Assembly (NCBI GenBank): GCA_003697105.1 | Contig: RFFQ01000013.1 | Location: forward strand, 1 to 64,000 | Source: Gemmatimonadota bacterium | GTDB lineage: Bacteria > 4572-55 > J002 | Direction of reading: 5' to 3' | DNA: 64,000 nt | Shown here: one piece after another, positions 1 through 9,900 of the stretch | Layout: every line of letters begins with the position of its first letter | How positions within the stretch are numbered: position 1 is the first letter of the stretch | The notes under the pieces: model-generated | What the model was told of the DNA's origin: nothing | The model's database searches: none | What the model saw: the letters and a program-made list of their open reading frames with translations, nothing else | Program-made: the position numbers and the translations under genes

Positions 1-81
1 CGTCTGGTGATTTCGCGCTCCATTGGTTGCTACGATGTCGGATAATTGACATCCTCTTGATAAAACACCGGCTAAAACAAC

Positions 82-119
82 AAAACCTCACAGATGATAG
101 GCATCTGTGAGGTTTTTTT
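82..119. terminator. Intrinsic terminator hairpin, possibly bidirectional
   Basis: AAAACCTCACAGATG-ATAGG-CATCTGTGAGGTTTT perfect inverted repeat with T/A tracts, just downstream of the 141..1049 gene. Confidence 0.85.
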
Positions 120-140
120 ATCCGGTGAGTAGAGGAAGAC

Positions 141-1049
141 CTACTTGATCTTACTCGCCACAAATTTGAACATGTTTGAAGGTACCCATGCTTTCGCCAC
201 CTGATCTGGATTTGGCATTTCGTTCGGATATAGATTATGGGCTTTTAACTGTTCCACCAATTTCGGATCAAAAGGTTTATAATTCAGTTCTTTGCGAATG
301 TTAAGGTAGTAGTTCCAGTGATTATAAAAATGTTTATTTTCCACACCATACCCCACAAATATGGAATACTTCGGTCCCTTGATGTAACTTCCCGAGTGAA
401 TGACTCGCGGATCGAAAATGATGCAATCCCCCGGTTCCGTGGCAATCCAATCCGCTTTATCCGCAATCGGGTCATTTCCGGTGATGACGGACATCACATT
501 ACGGACGAAACCGGTCCCTTTTTCAATTTTTTTGCGTTCCGCATCGATGTTGACCGGGTCATACCGGTGACTACCCGGGATCAAGCCCAGTTTGAAATCA
601 CTTTCCGCATGTTTTTGCAGATACACCCCGCACCGGAGCAGTTTGTAAGGCGCTTCGCTTTCATCCCAATCATCCCCTTCACCAAATTTACGGGTCACGC
701 TATCCCGGTGCCACGTCACTGCCGAAAAGCCTACGTGCAAATCATTATGTTGCAAAAACCGGATATCATCACCTAAAAGGGCACGCGCATATCCCAATAG
801 TTTCTCATTGAAAATATGCTCCCAAAAGTCCGGTGTTTGCGCCACACCATCCGGTAACGTCCACGCTTTGTAAAGCGTTTTTTTCGTTTTGTATGTTTTC
901 AATTTTCCGGAGGTGAAATCTTCCCGACGAATACCCGAACGTTCTTCCAATTTGGCTAAATATTCCTGCACTTTCTCTTCCGAAAGTAATTGTCGAACAA
1001 CGATATAACCTTTTTCCTTAAATTGTTGATGTTGCTCTGGGGTTAACAT
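141..1049 (-). CDS. Phytanoyl-CoA dioxygenase (PhyH)-like Fe(II)/2-oxoglutarate oxygenase
   Basis: N-terminal 'LTPEQHQQFKEKGYIVVRQLL', WHRD (HxD), 'IPGSHR', 'EPGDCIIFDPRVIHSG' distal His. Confidence 0.8.
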   Translation of the reverse strand: MLTPEQHQQFKEKGYIVVRQLLSEEKVQEYLAKLEERSGIRREDFTSGKLKTYKTKKTLYKAWTLPDGVAQTPDFWEHIFNEKLLGYARALLGDDIRFLQHNDLHVGFSAVTWHRDSVTRKFGEGDDWDESEAPYKLLRCGVYLQKHAESDFKLGLIPGSHRYDPVNIDAERKKIEKGTGFVRNVMSVITGNDPIADKADWIATEPGDCIIFDPRVIHSGSYIKGPKYSIFVGYGVENKHFYNHWNYYLNIRKELNYKPFDPKLVEQLKAHNLYPNEMPNPDQVAKAWVPSNMFKFVASKIK

Positions 1050-1072
1050 AATGGACTACCTCTTTCTTTTGG

Positions 1073-2293
1073 TTATGAATGTGTCGCTGATAGAATTAGG
1101 TCACATAATTCTCGCACCGCGCCCTTACCACCGGGCTTACTCAATATCCAATCAACATGCCGCAGAATACTCGGATGGGCATCTGCCACGGCAATACCTA
1201 ATTTCACCCGTTTTAAACATTCCAGATCATTCACATCATTCCCCACATAAGCCACTTGCTCCAAAGTAAGATTCCGCTCTTGCAAAATGTGGTCAAGCAT
1301 ACGGGATTTATCGCGAATCCCTTGATAGCACGGTAAATTTAATTTTTCACAACGCGCAGAAACCACCGGATTGACTTCTGTAGAAAGTACCACAACTTGA
1401 ATATCACGCTGGCGCAATAAATTGAGTCCCATTCCATCGCCCCGATTACAGATAACGGCTTCCCGTTTATCTTCAAAAACGATCACGGTATTATCGGTAA
1501 AAACACCATCAAAGTCAAACACAATTAATTTTATGCCTTCAAATAGTTGAATCAGCAGGTGATTCGGGTGTACCATCTCCCGGTCATCTTTTGCAATAAG
1601 CCATTCTGCAAAGACCCATTGATCCGGAGTGTCGATGTCCACCGCATAGTAGGGGTCAATCATTAACGGTAAAATATGGTCACCGGTCAAAGACTGTTTT
1701 TCCATAATCGTGCGGTAACGGATCGTATCAATATGCCCCGTCTGCCAAAACGTAGGCGGCAATTTTTGGCGCGGCAAGTTGTACGGCTCATCAAATTCAG
1801 ATTCTAAGAGCGGCGTTAGGTATTTCGCCTCGCGTCGCCACATTTTATATGGATTTTCGCCGGAACGTGTGATAGATCGTACGGAGTCCGCTTGGGGATC
1901 CGCCACGAGCAATTGCACAGATTCATCCACGCTGGTGGGAGGGCGAAAGGGCGACGTCGGTCGTAGTTGGACTATTATTTCCGGTTTGTAAGCTTCGTTC
2001 TCCTCTAACCATTTCAAGGCATGCACCATTACCGGAAAATCTGTGGTATCATCCTGAGCCAGTTGTGATGGACGAATAAAAGGGACTTCTGCGCCGTAGC
2101 GCTGGGCAACTTCCGCAATCAAACTATCATCGGTTGAGACAATCACCCGACCCACGGACGCGGCTTGCCGTCCTGCCGCAATGCTATATGCCAACAACGG
2201 ATGCCCTGCCAATAACTTGATATTTTTGCGTGGAATTGACTTTGATCCTCCCCGAGCCGGAATAATTGCCAATACATTTTTCGGATTTACCAT
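1073..2293 (-). CDS. neuA: Acylneuraminate (CMP-nonulosonate) cytidylyltransferase fused to KdsC-like HAD phosphatase
   Basis: 'AIIPARGGSKSIPRKN', 'QLRPTSPFR', 'DIDTPDQW'; C-terminal 'FDFDGVFTD', 'YVGNDVND', 'GGKGAVRE'. Confidence 0.9.
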   Translation of the reverse strand: MVNPKNVLAIIPARGGSKSIPRKNIKLLAGHPLLAYSIAAGRQAASVGRVIVSTDDSLIAEVAQRYGAEVPFIRPSQLAQDDTTDFPVMVHALKWLEENEAYKPEIIVQLRPTSPFRPPTSVDESVQLLVADPQADSVRSITRSGENPYKMWRREAKYLTPLLESEFDEPYNLPRQKLPPTFWQTGHIDTIRYRTIMEKQSLTGDHILPLMIDPYYAVDIDTPDQWVFAEWLIAKDDREMVHPNHLLIQLFEGIKLIVFDFDGVFTDNTVIVFEDKREAVICNRGDGMGLNLLRQRDIQVVVLSTEVNPVVSARCEKLNLPCYQGIRDKSRMLDHILQERNLTLEQVAYVGNDVNDLECLKRVKLGIAVADAHPSILRHVDWILSKPGGKGAVRELCDLILSATHS

Positions 2294-3102
2294 GCAGACC
2301 AGCCTCCATCAATCACTAAATTTGCCCCTGTCATATAGGATGAGGCATCTGATAATAGAAAAATAAGCGCACCGCAATATTCGTCCTTGTTTGCCATGCG
2401 ATTCAGCGTGGTGCGAGCACTGTAACGACGCACAAATTCCTCGTCATGGTTGTTGAACACACCGCCCAAAGTCAGCGTGTTGACCCGAAGCCCGTTATCC
2501 GCCCAATACGCGGCTAAATATTTGGTAAACCCAAAAACGGCGCTTTTGGTGACCGTGTAATTAACCGGTTTGTAAGTTGGCGGTTCATTGGGGTCATCTT
2601 TTTGATAAAGCCGCTGATCCGGCCCATTCATACCGTAAGTAGATGAAATATTGACTACAACCCCTTTCTTCTGTTGGATCATGATCGGCGCAACGGCTTG
2701 GGTGCACAAAAACATACCCGTCAAATTTACATCGAGACTTTGTTGCCACAATTCCAAGGGGAAGGTTTCAAATGAATTGGTATGAAACTGTTGGTGGTCG
2801 CGATCAAATTTGGGGTCAATCGCGGCGTTATTGACCAAACCATCGATACGACCATAGGCATTCATAACTTGATCGATCATCTGTTGGATGGAATTCAGGT
2901 CGGTGAGGTCTAACCGGAGGGGCAACGCTTTTTCACCGGGGACATTTTCCGCGGCGGCTTGTGCGGCATCGAGGTTTAAGTCGGCAACCACGGCGTGAGC
3001 ACCGGCTTCCGAAAGTGCCGCCACATATTCCCGTCCCACCAGACCGCCCCCTCCAGTGACAATCACCACCCGTCCGGTCATGTCAAACTTTTCTTTATAC
3101 AT
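2287..3102 (-). CDS. SDR family oxidoreductase (PtmA/ElaC-like)
   Basis: TGGGGLVG Rossmann motif, NNAA, YTVTK (YxxxK), 'DGGWSAW'; start placed at ATG 3102 behind AAAGGA. Confidence 0.85.
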   Translation of the reverse strand: MYKEKFDMTGRVVIVTGGGGLVGREYVAALSEAGAHAVVADLNLDAAQAAAENVPGEKALPLRLDLTDLNSIQQMIDQVMNAYGRIDGLVNNAAIDPKFDRDHQQFHTNSFETFPLELWQQSLDVNLTGMFLCTQAVAPIMIQQKKGVVVNISSTYGMNGPDQRLYQKDDPNEPPTYKPVNYTVTKSAVFGFTKYLAAYWADNGLRVNTLTLGGVFNNHDEEFVRRYSARTTLNRMANKDEYCGALIFLLSDASSYMTGANLVIDGGWSAW

Positions 3103-4096
3103 TCTGCCATGTCCTTTCTGCTGCTGCAAGTTTGATAGCTTCTATTATGTGTTGAATCCGAATCCCGTCCGCGAAGGTGGACAACGATTTAACCGGCTCA
3201 TCAAAAATTAAATTCAAAAATTCACCCATTTCATGGAGAAACATGACGTTCCGTTCATAGTGTGCCGGCGGGTTGAAAACGGTGGTTTCTTCGGTTTCTG
3301 CTTCGTAGAGTATTGCTTTACCGCTGATGTCATCCCAATGAATGGTTCCGCATTGTCCCACCAGATGTACCCACCGCGCGGTCGGACGCTCTACATAATT
3401 GAGATGAACCGAGCCAAACGCTCCAGAGTCAAATTGGAGTAAGGTCAAGGCGGTATCTTCGGAATCCACCTCCAAGCCGCCGATAATACCTGTTACCGCC
3501 GAGACTGCGGTGATTTCTCCCACCAGCCAGCGGAGCATATCAAATGGGTGGCACAATGTCAACAAAACTCCCCCACCCAAAGCGGCTTGGGCACTATAAC
3601 TTTTCCGGTAATCTTCCCACGGATGCCACCCCGGCAGATATTCCCCATAATGCGCTTCTGCCGTGACAATCTGCCCAATTTTCGCTTGATCCAACCATGT
3701 TTTGACCTGTTGCAATGCGGGATGAAACCGGTATTGAAATCCCATCATCACTTTAAGGTGGTTTTGGGTCACAATCCGTTGCAATTCCGCAATTCCATCC
3801 AGCGAGTGGGAAATCGGTTTTTCTAACAGAAGGTGACTTCCCGCTTTCGCGGCTTCGATGGCAACGGGTAAATGAAGTGCGGTCGGATTAGCAATGATGG
3901 TTGCCAACGGCTTTTTTGCTAATGCCGCTGCTAGGTCATATTCGGTGGGGATGTGTTCAAAAGGGTTTTCTGGGAGCGTGCTTTTACCGGTACGGTAGAG
4001 CAATAGATTATCATACCCTAATGCCAGCAAATTTTGTAGGTGACGACGACCGATAGAACCTAAACCGGCAATCAAAATAGGCTGTTCTGTATTCAT
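3095..4096 (-). CDS. Gfo/Idh/MocA family oxidoreductase (PtmF/ElaA-like)
   Basis: GLGSIGRRH, EKP motif, 'GGGVLLTLCHPFD'. Confidence 0.85.
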   Translation of the reverse strand: MNTEQPILIAGLGSIGRRHLQNLLALGYDNLLLYRTGKSTLPENPFEHIPTEYDLAAALAKKPLATIIANPTALHLPVAIEAAKAGSHLLLEKPISHSLDGIAELQRIVTQNHLKVMMGFQYRFHPALQQVKTWLDQAKIGQIVTAEAHYGEYLPGWHPWEDYRKSYSAQAALGGGVLLTLCHPFDMLRWLVGEITAVSAVTGIIGGLEVDSEDTALTLLQFDSGAFGSVHLNYVERPTARWVHLVGQCGTIHWDDISGKAILYEAETEETTVFNPPAHYERNVMFLHEMGEFLNLIFDEPVKSLSTFADGIRIQHIIEAIKLAAAERTWQNV

Positions 4097-5067
4097 GTCG
4101 ATGTACCTTTGATAACGTTCCGGCAGACCTCAGCGATATACTCGCTGGATTTTCCGCCGTTCTGCCACGGTGTCAATTTGCGTAGCTCTGCCACATCCAA
4201 ATCGTAAGAATGGACTTCTTTGCCTAGGGCTAAGCCAACATAATTCACGGTGGAATATTGGGTGATGAGCACATCACAATTGGCGATCATCTCATCCGTA
4301 TTGCCCTCGGTATAAATCAAGGCATGGGGCGCCAACGCTTTAATTTCACGTACCGCTCGTTCTTTTTTCTCATTGGGATGCAATTTGAAGATTACTTGCC
4401 GGTCACCGGCAATATCCAGCGCATATTGGATAAATTTCTTCCGATTATGAATTTTCAGCGTTTCGCGCGCATCCGAAGTGGCGACCAACACGTAATGTTT
4501 GTGCGGAAAGTCGTTATCTAAAAAGCGTTTTACATTATCAAAATTGGGGATGCCCGTCACCACAATTTTTTCCGGTTTGACCCCTTTACGGATGAATAAA
4601 TCCCGGTAACCTTCTGATGCTACACAGAACTTTTCATACGCATCGGATAAGCCCGTGGTTGACGTTCCGGCAAGGTAGCGTGGCAATTTCAGCGTTTTTA
4701 CCAGATGGTACGTCCACTTTTCGGGGTCGGTCATGCCCTCCTGCACCAGCACAATTTTTTTATCCGCAATATTACGCTGGATCACCAGATCAGAAGAGGA
4801 AACAACTAAATCATAATCACCTGCCGTTCCACCGTAATCGGTCTTCAAATGATGCGCTTCAAAGTATTCACGAGATTGGCGCGCCCGTTTTTCCCCCATG
4901 ACGGTGAATTCCAACAAACGTGCTTTTGCCAGTAATCCCAAAAACCCGTCGCTGTAATAGGTAGTAAAATAACAATCGTATTCATCCATCAGATGTTGTG
5001 CGATCTGGTGCATCATGGTGGTCTGGTTCATCGAACCACCAATAAATAAAATTTTATCTGTGCCCAT
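4093..5067 (-). CDS. GT-B-fold protein (UDP-GlcNAc 2-epimerase / glycerophosphotransferase / sialyltransferase-like)
   Basis: 'IVVTGIPNFD', 'FKLHPNE', 'DVLITQYST' motifs; translationally coupled to the next gene. Confidence 0.6.
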   Translation of the reverse strand: MGTDKILFIGGSMNQTTMMHQIAQHLMDEYDCYFTTYYSDGFLGLLAKARLLEFTVMGEKRARQSREYFEAHHLKTDYGGTAGDYDLVVSSSDLVIQRNIADKKIVLVQEGMTDPEKWTYHLVKTLKLPRYLAGTSTTGLSDAYEKFCVASEGYRDLFIRKGVKPEKIVVTGIPNFDNVKRFLDNDFPHKHYVLVATSDARETLKIHNRKKFIQYALDIAGDRQVIFKLHPNEKKERAVREIKALAPHALIYTEGNTDEMIANCDVLITQYSTVNYVGLALGKEVHSYDLDVAELRKLTPWQNGGKSSEYIAEVCRNVIKGTST

Positions 5068-5081
5068 TATTAAAAAAATAT

Positions 5082-6161
5082 CTAGCTAGTAGGTTCAGAA
5101 GATACCGGTTTTGAAGTGAGATGCAACAAGCCGGCAAACACAAAAATATCTAAAATCAATAGGAAATAAAAGGTCAAAAATCGCCACCCAGCGGTTATCA
5201 AACCGATGGCTTCTGCCGGTAAAAACGGCTTATAAATAATAAAGAAGATGGCTTCTGCGCCCCCAGAGGCACCCGGTAACGGCACAAAATTCATTGACAA
5301 AAAGACAAACCACTGCAAGATTAAAAAGCGCAACGGGTCTGCCGGTAACCCGAGACTCAGCACCAACGCGGTAATAACGGAATAACGGCAAATCCATTGA
5401 ATGCCTGTGATAAACGTCGTTAAAACATACCACAGTTTGCCGCGCCGCGCCACCAAACGGTAAACATATTTAAATTCATCCCATGCAATCGCCGCTTTAC
5501 GAGCAAATCGAGCAAGAACAGATGTTCGCTGCGTCTTAAGTTTGGGATTGATAACCTTTCGCTTGAAGACCGTCAAGACAAAAACGATGACCAACACCCC
5601 TAAAAGAACATATAATGACAGCGGCGATACTATTTTTGCTTTTGCGGCGTCCCATAAGCCAAAATCCCACATGGAATATCGAGCGAGACCCACCGGAAAA
5701 ATGACCAGCAGGAAAAATAGGTAAAAACCGAAATCTTCAACAGCCCCAAAGGTTGCTAATGATGCCGCTTCGCCCGGACTCAAGCCTTCCTGAATCAGCA
5801 TTCCGGCTTTGACCGGGGAGCCACCTACGGAAGTGGGGCTGACTGCCGCCCCCATCTCCGTACCAATGACGATTTTCATCACGCGCAAAAACGGGATGTT
5901 ATAACCTAAGAATCGAGTCCAAATCAACACCCGAAACGTATTCAAAAACCACGGGATCCATGTCAATAGGAGCGCCAAGAAAAAGTATGGCAACGAAAAT
6001 GAAATCACCGAAGTGAAAATATCATCATCCGTGGTCAAAAAGGAAAAAATTAGATTTCCAGCAACACCCATTAAAATAAAAATTAACAACCTCCGAAAAA
6101 TTTTATCAAAATCAATGGAAAATGAGGAGGTTGGAGCGGGAACTGGAGTTTGGATTGGCAC
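5082..6161 (-). CDS. Lysylphosphatidylglycerol synthase TM / flippase-like membrane protein (YbhN/UPF0104)
   Basis: Multiple TM segments; 'PTSVGGSP', 'PLPGASGGAE', 'WRFLTFY'; GTG start. Confidence 0.8.
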   Translation of the reverse strand: MPIQTPVPAPTSSFSIDFDKIFRRLLIFILMGVAGNLIFSFLTTDDDIFTSVISFSLPYFFLALLLTWIPWFLNTFRVLIWTRFLGYNIPFLRVMKIVIGTEMGAAVSPTSVGGSPVKAGMLIQEGLSPGEAASLATFGAVEDFGFYLFFLLVIFPVGLARYSMWDFGLWDAAKAKIVSPLSLYVLLGVLVIVFVLTVFKRKVINPKLKTQRTSVLARFARKAAIAWDEFKYVYRLVARRGKLWYVLTTFITGIQWICRYSVITALVLSLGLPADPLRFLILQWFVFLSMNFVPLPGASGGAEAIFFIIYKPFLPAEAIGLITAGWRFLTFYFLLILDIFVFAGLLHLTSKPVSSEPTS

Positions 6162-6400
6162 AAGTTGTTAATCCTAAAAGTAAGGTGCTTAAAATTTATG
6201 TTCGTGAACACAAGAGCCCCCAATTTATAGTAAATAAGCCGTTTACGCCAGTTATTTTATGATGAAAAAGGCACACCAGTTCAATATTTTCCAACATACC
6301 GATAGCCCAGATTCGGCTTGATCCGTTGGAACGGAATCGCGAAACACCGCCCAGCTAGCGGCGGCATTAATAAACCCTCAAATATGAGAATGGAGAACTC

Positions 6401-6832
6401 ATGAACATTTGGTCTTGGAGCGGAATAACCCTTCTTCTACTGATTACCAGTTGTACTCCTCCGCCTCGTCCCCCGTCACCCCATATTACCCGTGATAACC
6501 CCCTACTTTATCAGGAGATTGCCCAACGGCGTTTTCTGGGACAGGCAGAATACCGGTTCAATCCGACAAAAACCCATGTAATGGTCATCCGGCGCGGTAA
6601 AACACGCCCATTTACACCCAAATATGCCCAGCCACTCGAGTTTTTTATCTTTGATCTGGCGGAACAGCGAATCGTTTATGAAGATCAACAAGCAAATGGG
6701 AAGGTGACTTGGGTCACCCCCCATCAGATTAAAGTTACGTTATTCCCGGAAACCATGCAAGGCATTGAAAACGAACCATACGGCTACCTTTATGACGTGC
6801 AAACACAACAAAAAACGGTGTTATCACAATAA
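6401..6832 (+). CDS. Hypothetical lipoprotein
   Basis: GGAG RBS; hydrophobic signal ending in LITS-C lipobox, Pro-rich linker. Confidence 0.7.
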   Translation: MNIWSWSGITLLLLITSCTPPPRPPSPHITRDNPLLYQEIAQRRFLGQAEYRFNPTKTHVMVIRRGKTRPFTPKYAQPLEFFIFDLAEQRIVYEDQQANGKVTWVTPHQIKVTLFPETMQGIENEPYGYLYDVQTQQKTVLSQ

Positions 6833-6838
6833 TTTACC

Positions 6839-6873
6839 GCCCATTTTCGGACAACTTCAGTCCGATAATGGGC
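6839..6873 (+). terminator. Intergenic stem-loop
   Basis: GCCCATTTTCGGAC-N7-GTCCGATAATGGGC, one mismatch. Confidence 0.55.
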
Positions 6874-6911
6874 ACTTTACTGTAATTTGTTCAATTTAAG
6901 GAGGATGTGAA

Positions 6912-9900
6912 ATGTCGCATCGATTATGGATTACTTATATTGTGAGTTTGAGCGTGATCATTGGGTTCGCACTCACCAGTTTTGCCGGGAGGGACGATCT
7001 GCCCGAAGAGACGAAACGACCGGAATTATATCATCATGATGCCCAATCAACCTACAAACGGAGTCTAGCGGTCTATCCACCCGAAACAAACGGGTTCAGT
7101 TCCGCCCAATTACGGGATAAACGTCTCCAACAGCGGTTAGGGATTCGGAAGGCAAAGAAAGATATGAGCTTTGGTCATCCTGATAAATTTTTTGAGTTGC
7201 ACCAAGCCCTACGAACGCGAGGCGGGGAAATCGCACCATCCTATCCCCCGAATTATAAACAGATCGAACTGGAAAAAGCTCTGCGCCGTAGCCATCAACG
7301 CGGCTTACGAGAAAACCTGGATTGGATTGAACGCGGACCCGCCAACGTGAGCGGCCGAACCCGCGCCATTGTGGTAGACCCAGATGACCCACTGAATATA
7401 TGGTACGTCGGTGCGACCAGCGGCGGTTTGTGGAAAACCACAAATGCCGGTGAAAGTTGGATCGATTTAACCCCACCGAATATGGTCAATCTCGCCATCG
7501 GTACGTTAGCGATGGCGGCTTCTAACCCGAATGTGATGTATGCGGGTACCGGAGAAGGGCTAGGCGGTCTGGGGCAAGTTCGTGGGGATGGTATATTTAA
7601 AACAACGGATCGTGGTGAAACATGGGTGCAGTTGGAAACCACCCTTGAATTTTCGAGTATCAATCGCATTATCGTTGATCCTACAGATGAAAATATTGTG
7701 CTGGCAGCGGCAGAAGCCAATCGATATGCGTCTGGACAAGTAGGCGGCGGTGTGGTTGAACCGTTTGGTCGTATCTATAAATCTACCGATGGTGGCACTA
7801 CCTGGACGATAACTTATGAGAACTCCAACGGCTATCCGGTCGAACAGATCATCGCCAATCCGGATAGTTTTCATATTCAATTTGCCACCGTGCAATGGGA
7901 TGGCATCTTCAAATCCACCGATGCCGGGGAGACCTGGACACAGAAGCTCAATGTCGCCAATTACAATGGACGACGGACGGAACTCGCCATTTCGCCCTCT
8001 AACCCTCGTTACATGTATGCCGGGATAGAAGGATCATTTGGTAGTGGAGCACTCCTTTTTCAATCAACAGATATGGGCGAAACGTGGACAAACCTAGCGG
8101 CGCAAGGGGCGAATATCCCCAACTGGCTCGGATCACAAGGGTGGTACGATAACTGTTTGGCGTTCAGCCCCTATGATACATCCGAGCTATATCTGGGGGG
8201 TATCCATCTCTGGAAATCGACACTCCTCAGTGAAGGCATTATTGATGTGCAAGAAAATGGCACCGATGAATTTATGATGTTGATCCCGTGGGGTGGTTTT
8301 GAAGGCGGCGGTGTCGGGACCGGGGTACAGTTTGCCAGTGTCGGGGCGCCACCCCCATTTGGCTTGGAAGATGAAGATTATGTTTCCGTTGAAGTTCGCT
8401 TTGGTCCCGGTATTCACCAGCGGATCCACCGGTTTGGTTTTGACGGCTTTCAAACCCTTTACGAAGATTATGAGGAGGTGCCCTTTGAAGTTTGGGATAC
8501 CGAGAATGATCGCCAATTGATGGCTTCCTTCCTCGATTTTGACGGGAACGATGCTTTTGAACTCACCCCCATCCTGGATCCGAACAACCCCACAAATGAC
8601 ATCATCATGATCAACAGCGTACTCTATGCCGAAACGCCCGATCCGACGATTTCCGGACGGGGGGATGGGCTATTTTACAAAAATATCTACACGATTTGGT
8701 CGGGACTAGCGCCGGGCGCCACGTGGGAACCGGACAGCCTACCGGAATCCAACTTAGCGATTATTTATGGTGAAATTGACGATCCGGTGTTCGGAATCCA
8801 CCAAATTTCATATGGGTACAACCCATTTACGGACAGCGGCACTCATGCGGATCACCATAATTTAACACTGATTCCAATTAATCCGGAAGAAGGCACTTTT
8901 CGCATTCTGAACGGGAATGATGGCGGGGTCTTTTATTCCGATGATGGCGGCTTAACGTGGGAAAACACCCTGAACGGCTACAATACCACCCAATTTTACG
9001 GCGTTGATAAAAAACCCGGCGCCGATGAATATATTGGCGGGATGCAAGATAACGGTACGTGGCAATCTCCACCGGGCGTCAGTGCGGATAGCACCACCAG
9101 TTGGCTGTATCGCATCGGGGGCGACGGATACGAAACGGCATGGCATTATGAAAATCCAGACTGGATATTAGGCGGCTATCAGTTTAATGGTATCAATCGC
9201 AGCACCAACGGCGGTGAAACTTGGGTTGACATCAGTGGCCAAATTGAAAGCGGCGCCGGAAATGCCCCATTTGTCACCAAAATTGCCAAATCCAACAGTG
9301 ATCCCGATCTAGTATTTGCCGTTAGTGCCTCTGGGGTATGGCGATCCGATGATTTTGGCGAAACATGGATTTTAACCCCCATCCCCGACCGGGAATGGCG
9401 AATGAGCAACCAAACCCATGTCCAGATTTCCCAAGCGAACCCACAAGTGGTCTGGGCAGGGGCACGCTTGGCAGACCCGGCAAATTCCCGCGCGACGTTG
9501 CATGTCTCGCAAGATGGTGGCTTAACCTTCACCCCTTGCGAAAGACCGGATTACGATCTCGGTTTAGTAACCGGATTGGCGACCCACCCCATCGACGAGG
9601 GTACCGCTTATGCACTGTTTTCATTCAGTGGAGCACCAAAAGTGCTACGGACAACCGATTTTGGACAAACGTGGGAAGACATTTCCGGCTTTGGCAACAA
9701 CGGAGAGAGTGATAACGGCTTCCCGGATGTGGCAGTTTATTCCTTGTTGGTGATGCCGCACGATCCAGACGTGATCTGGGTTGGGACGGAGATCGGGCTA
9801 TTTGAATCCACAGATAATGGCGAAAGTTGGGCGTATGCAGATAATGGCTTCCCGGCAGTCTCGATCTGGGAGATGAATATCACGGATGATCAGGTTGTGA

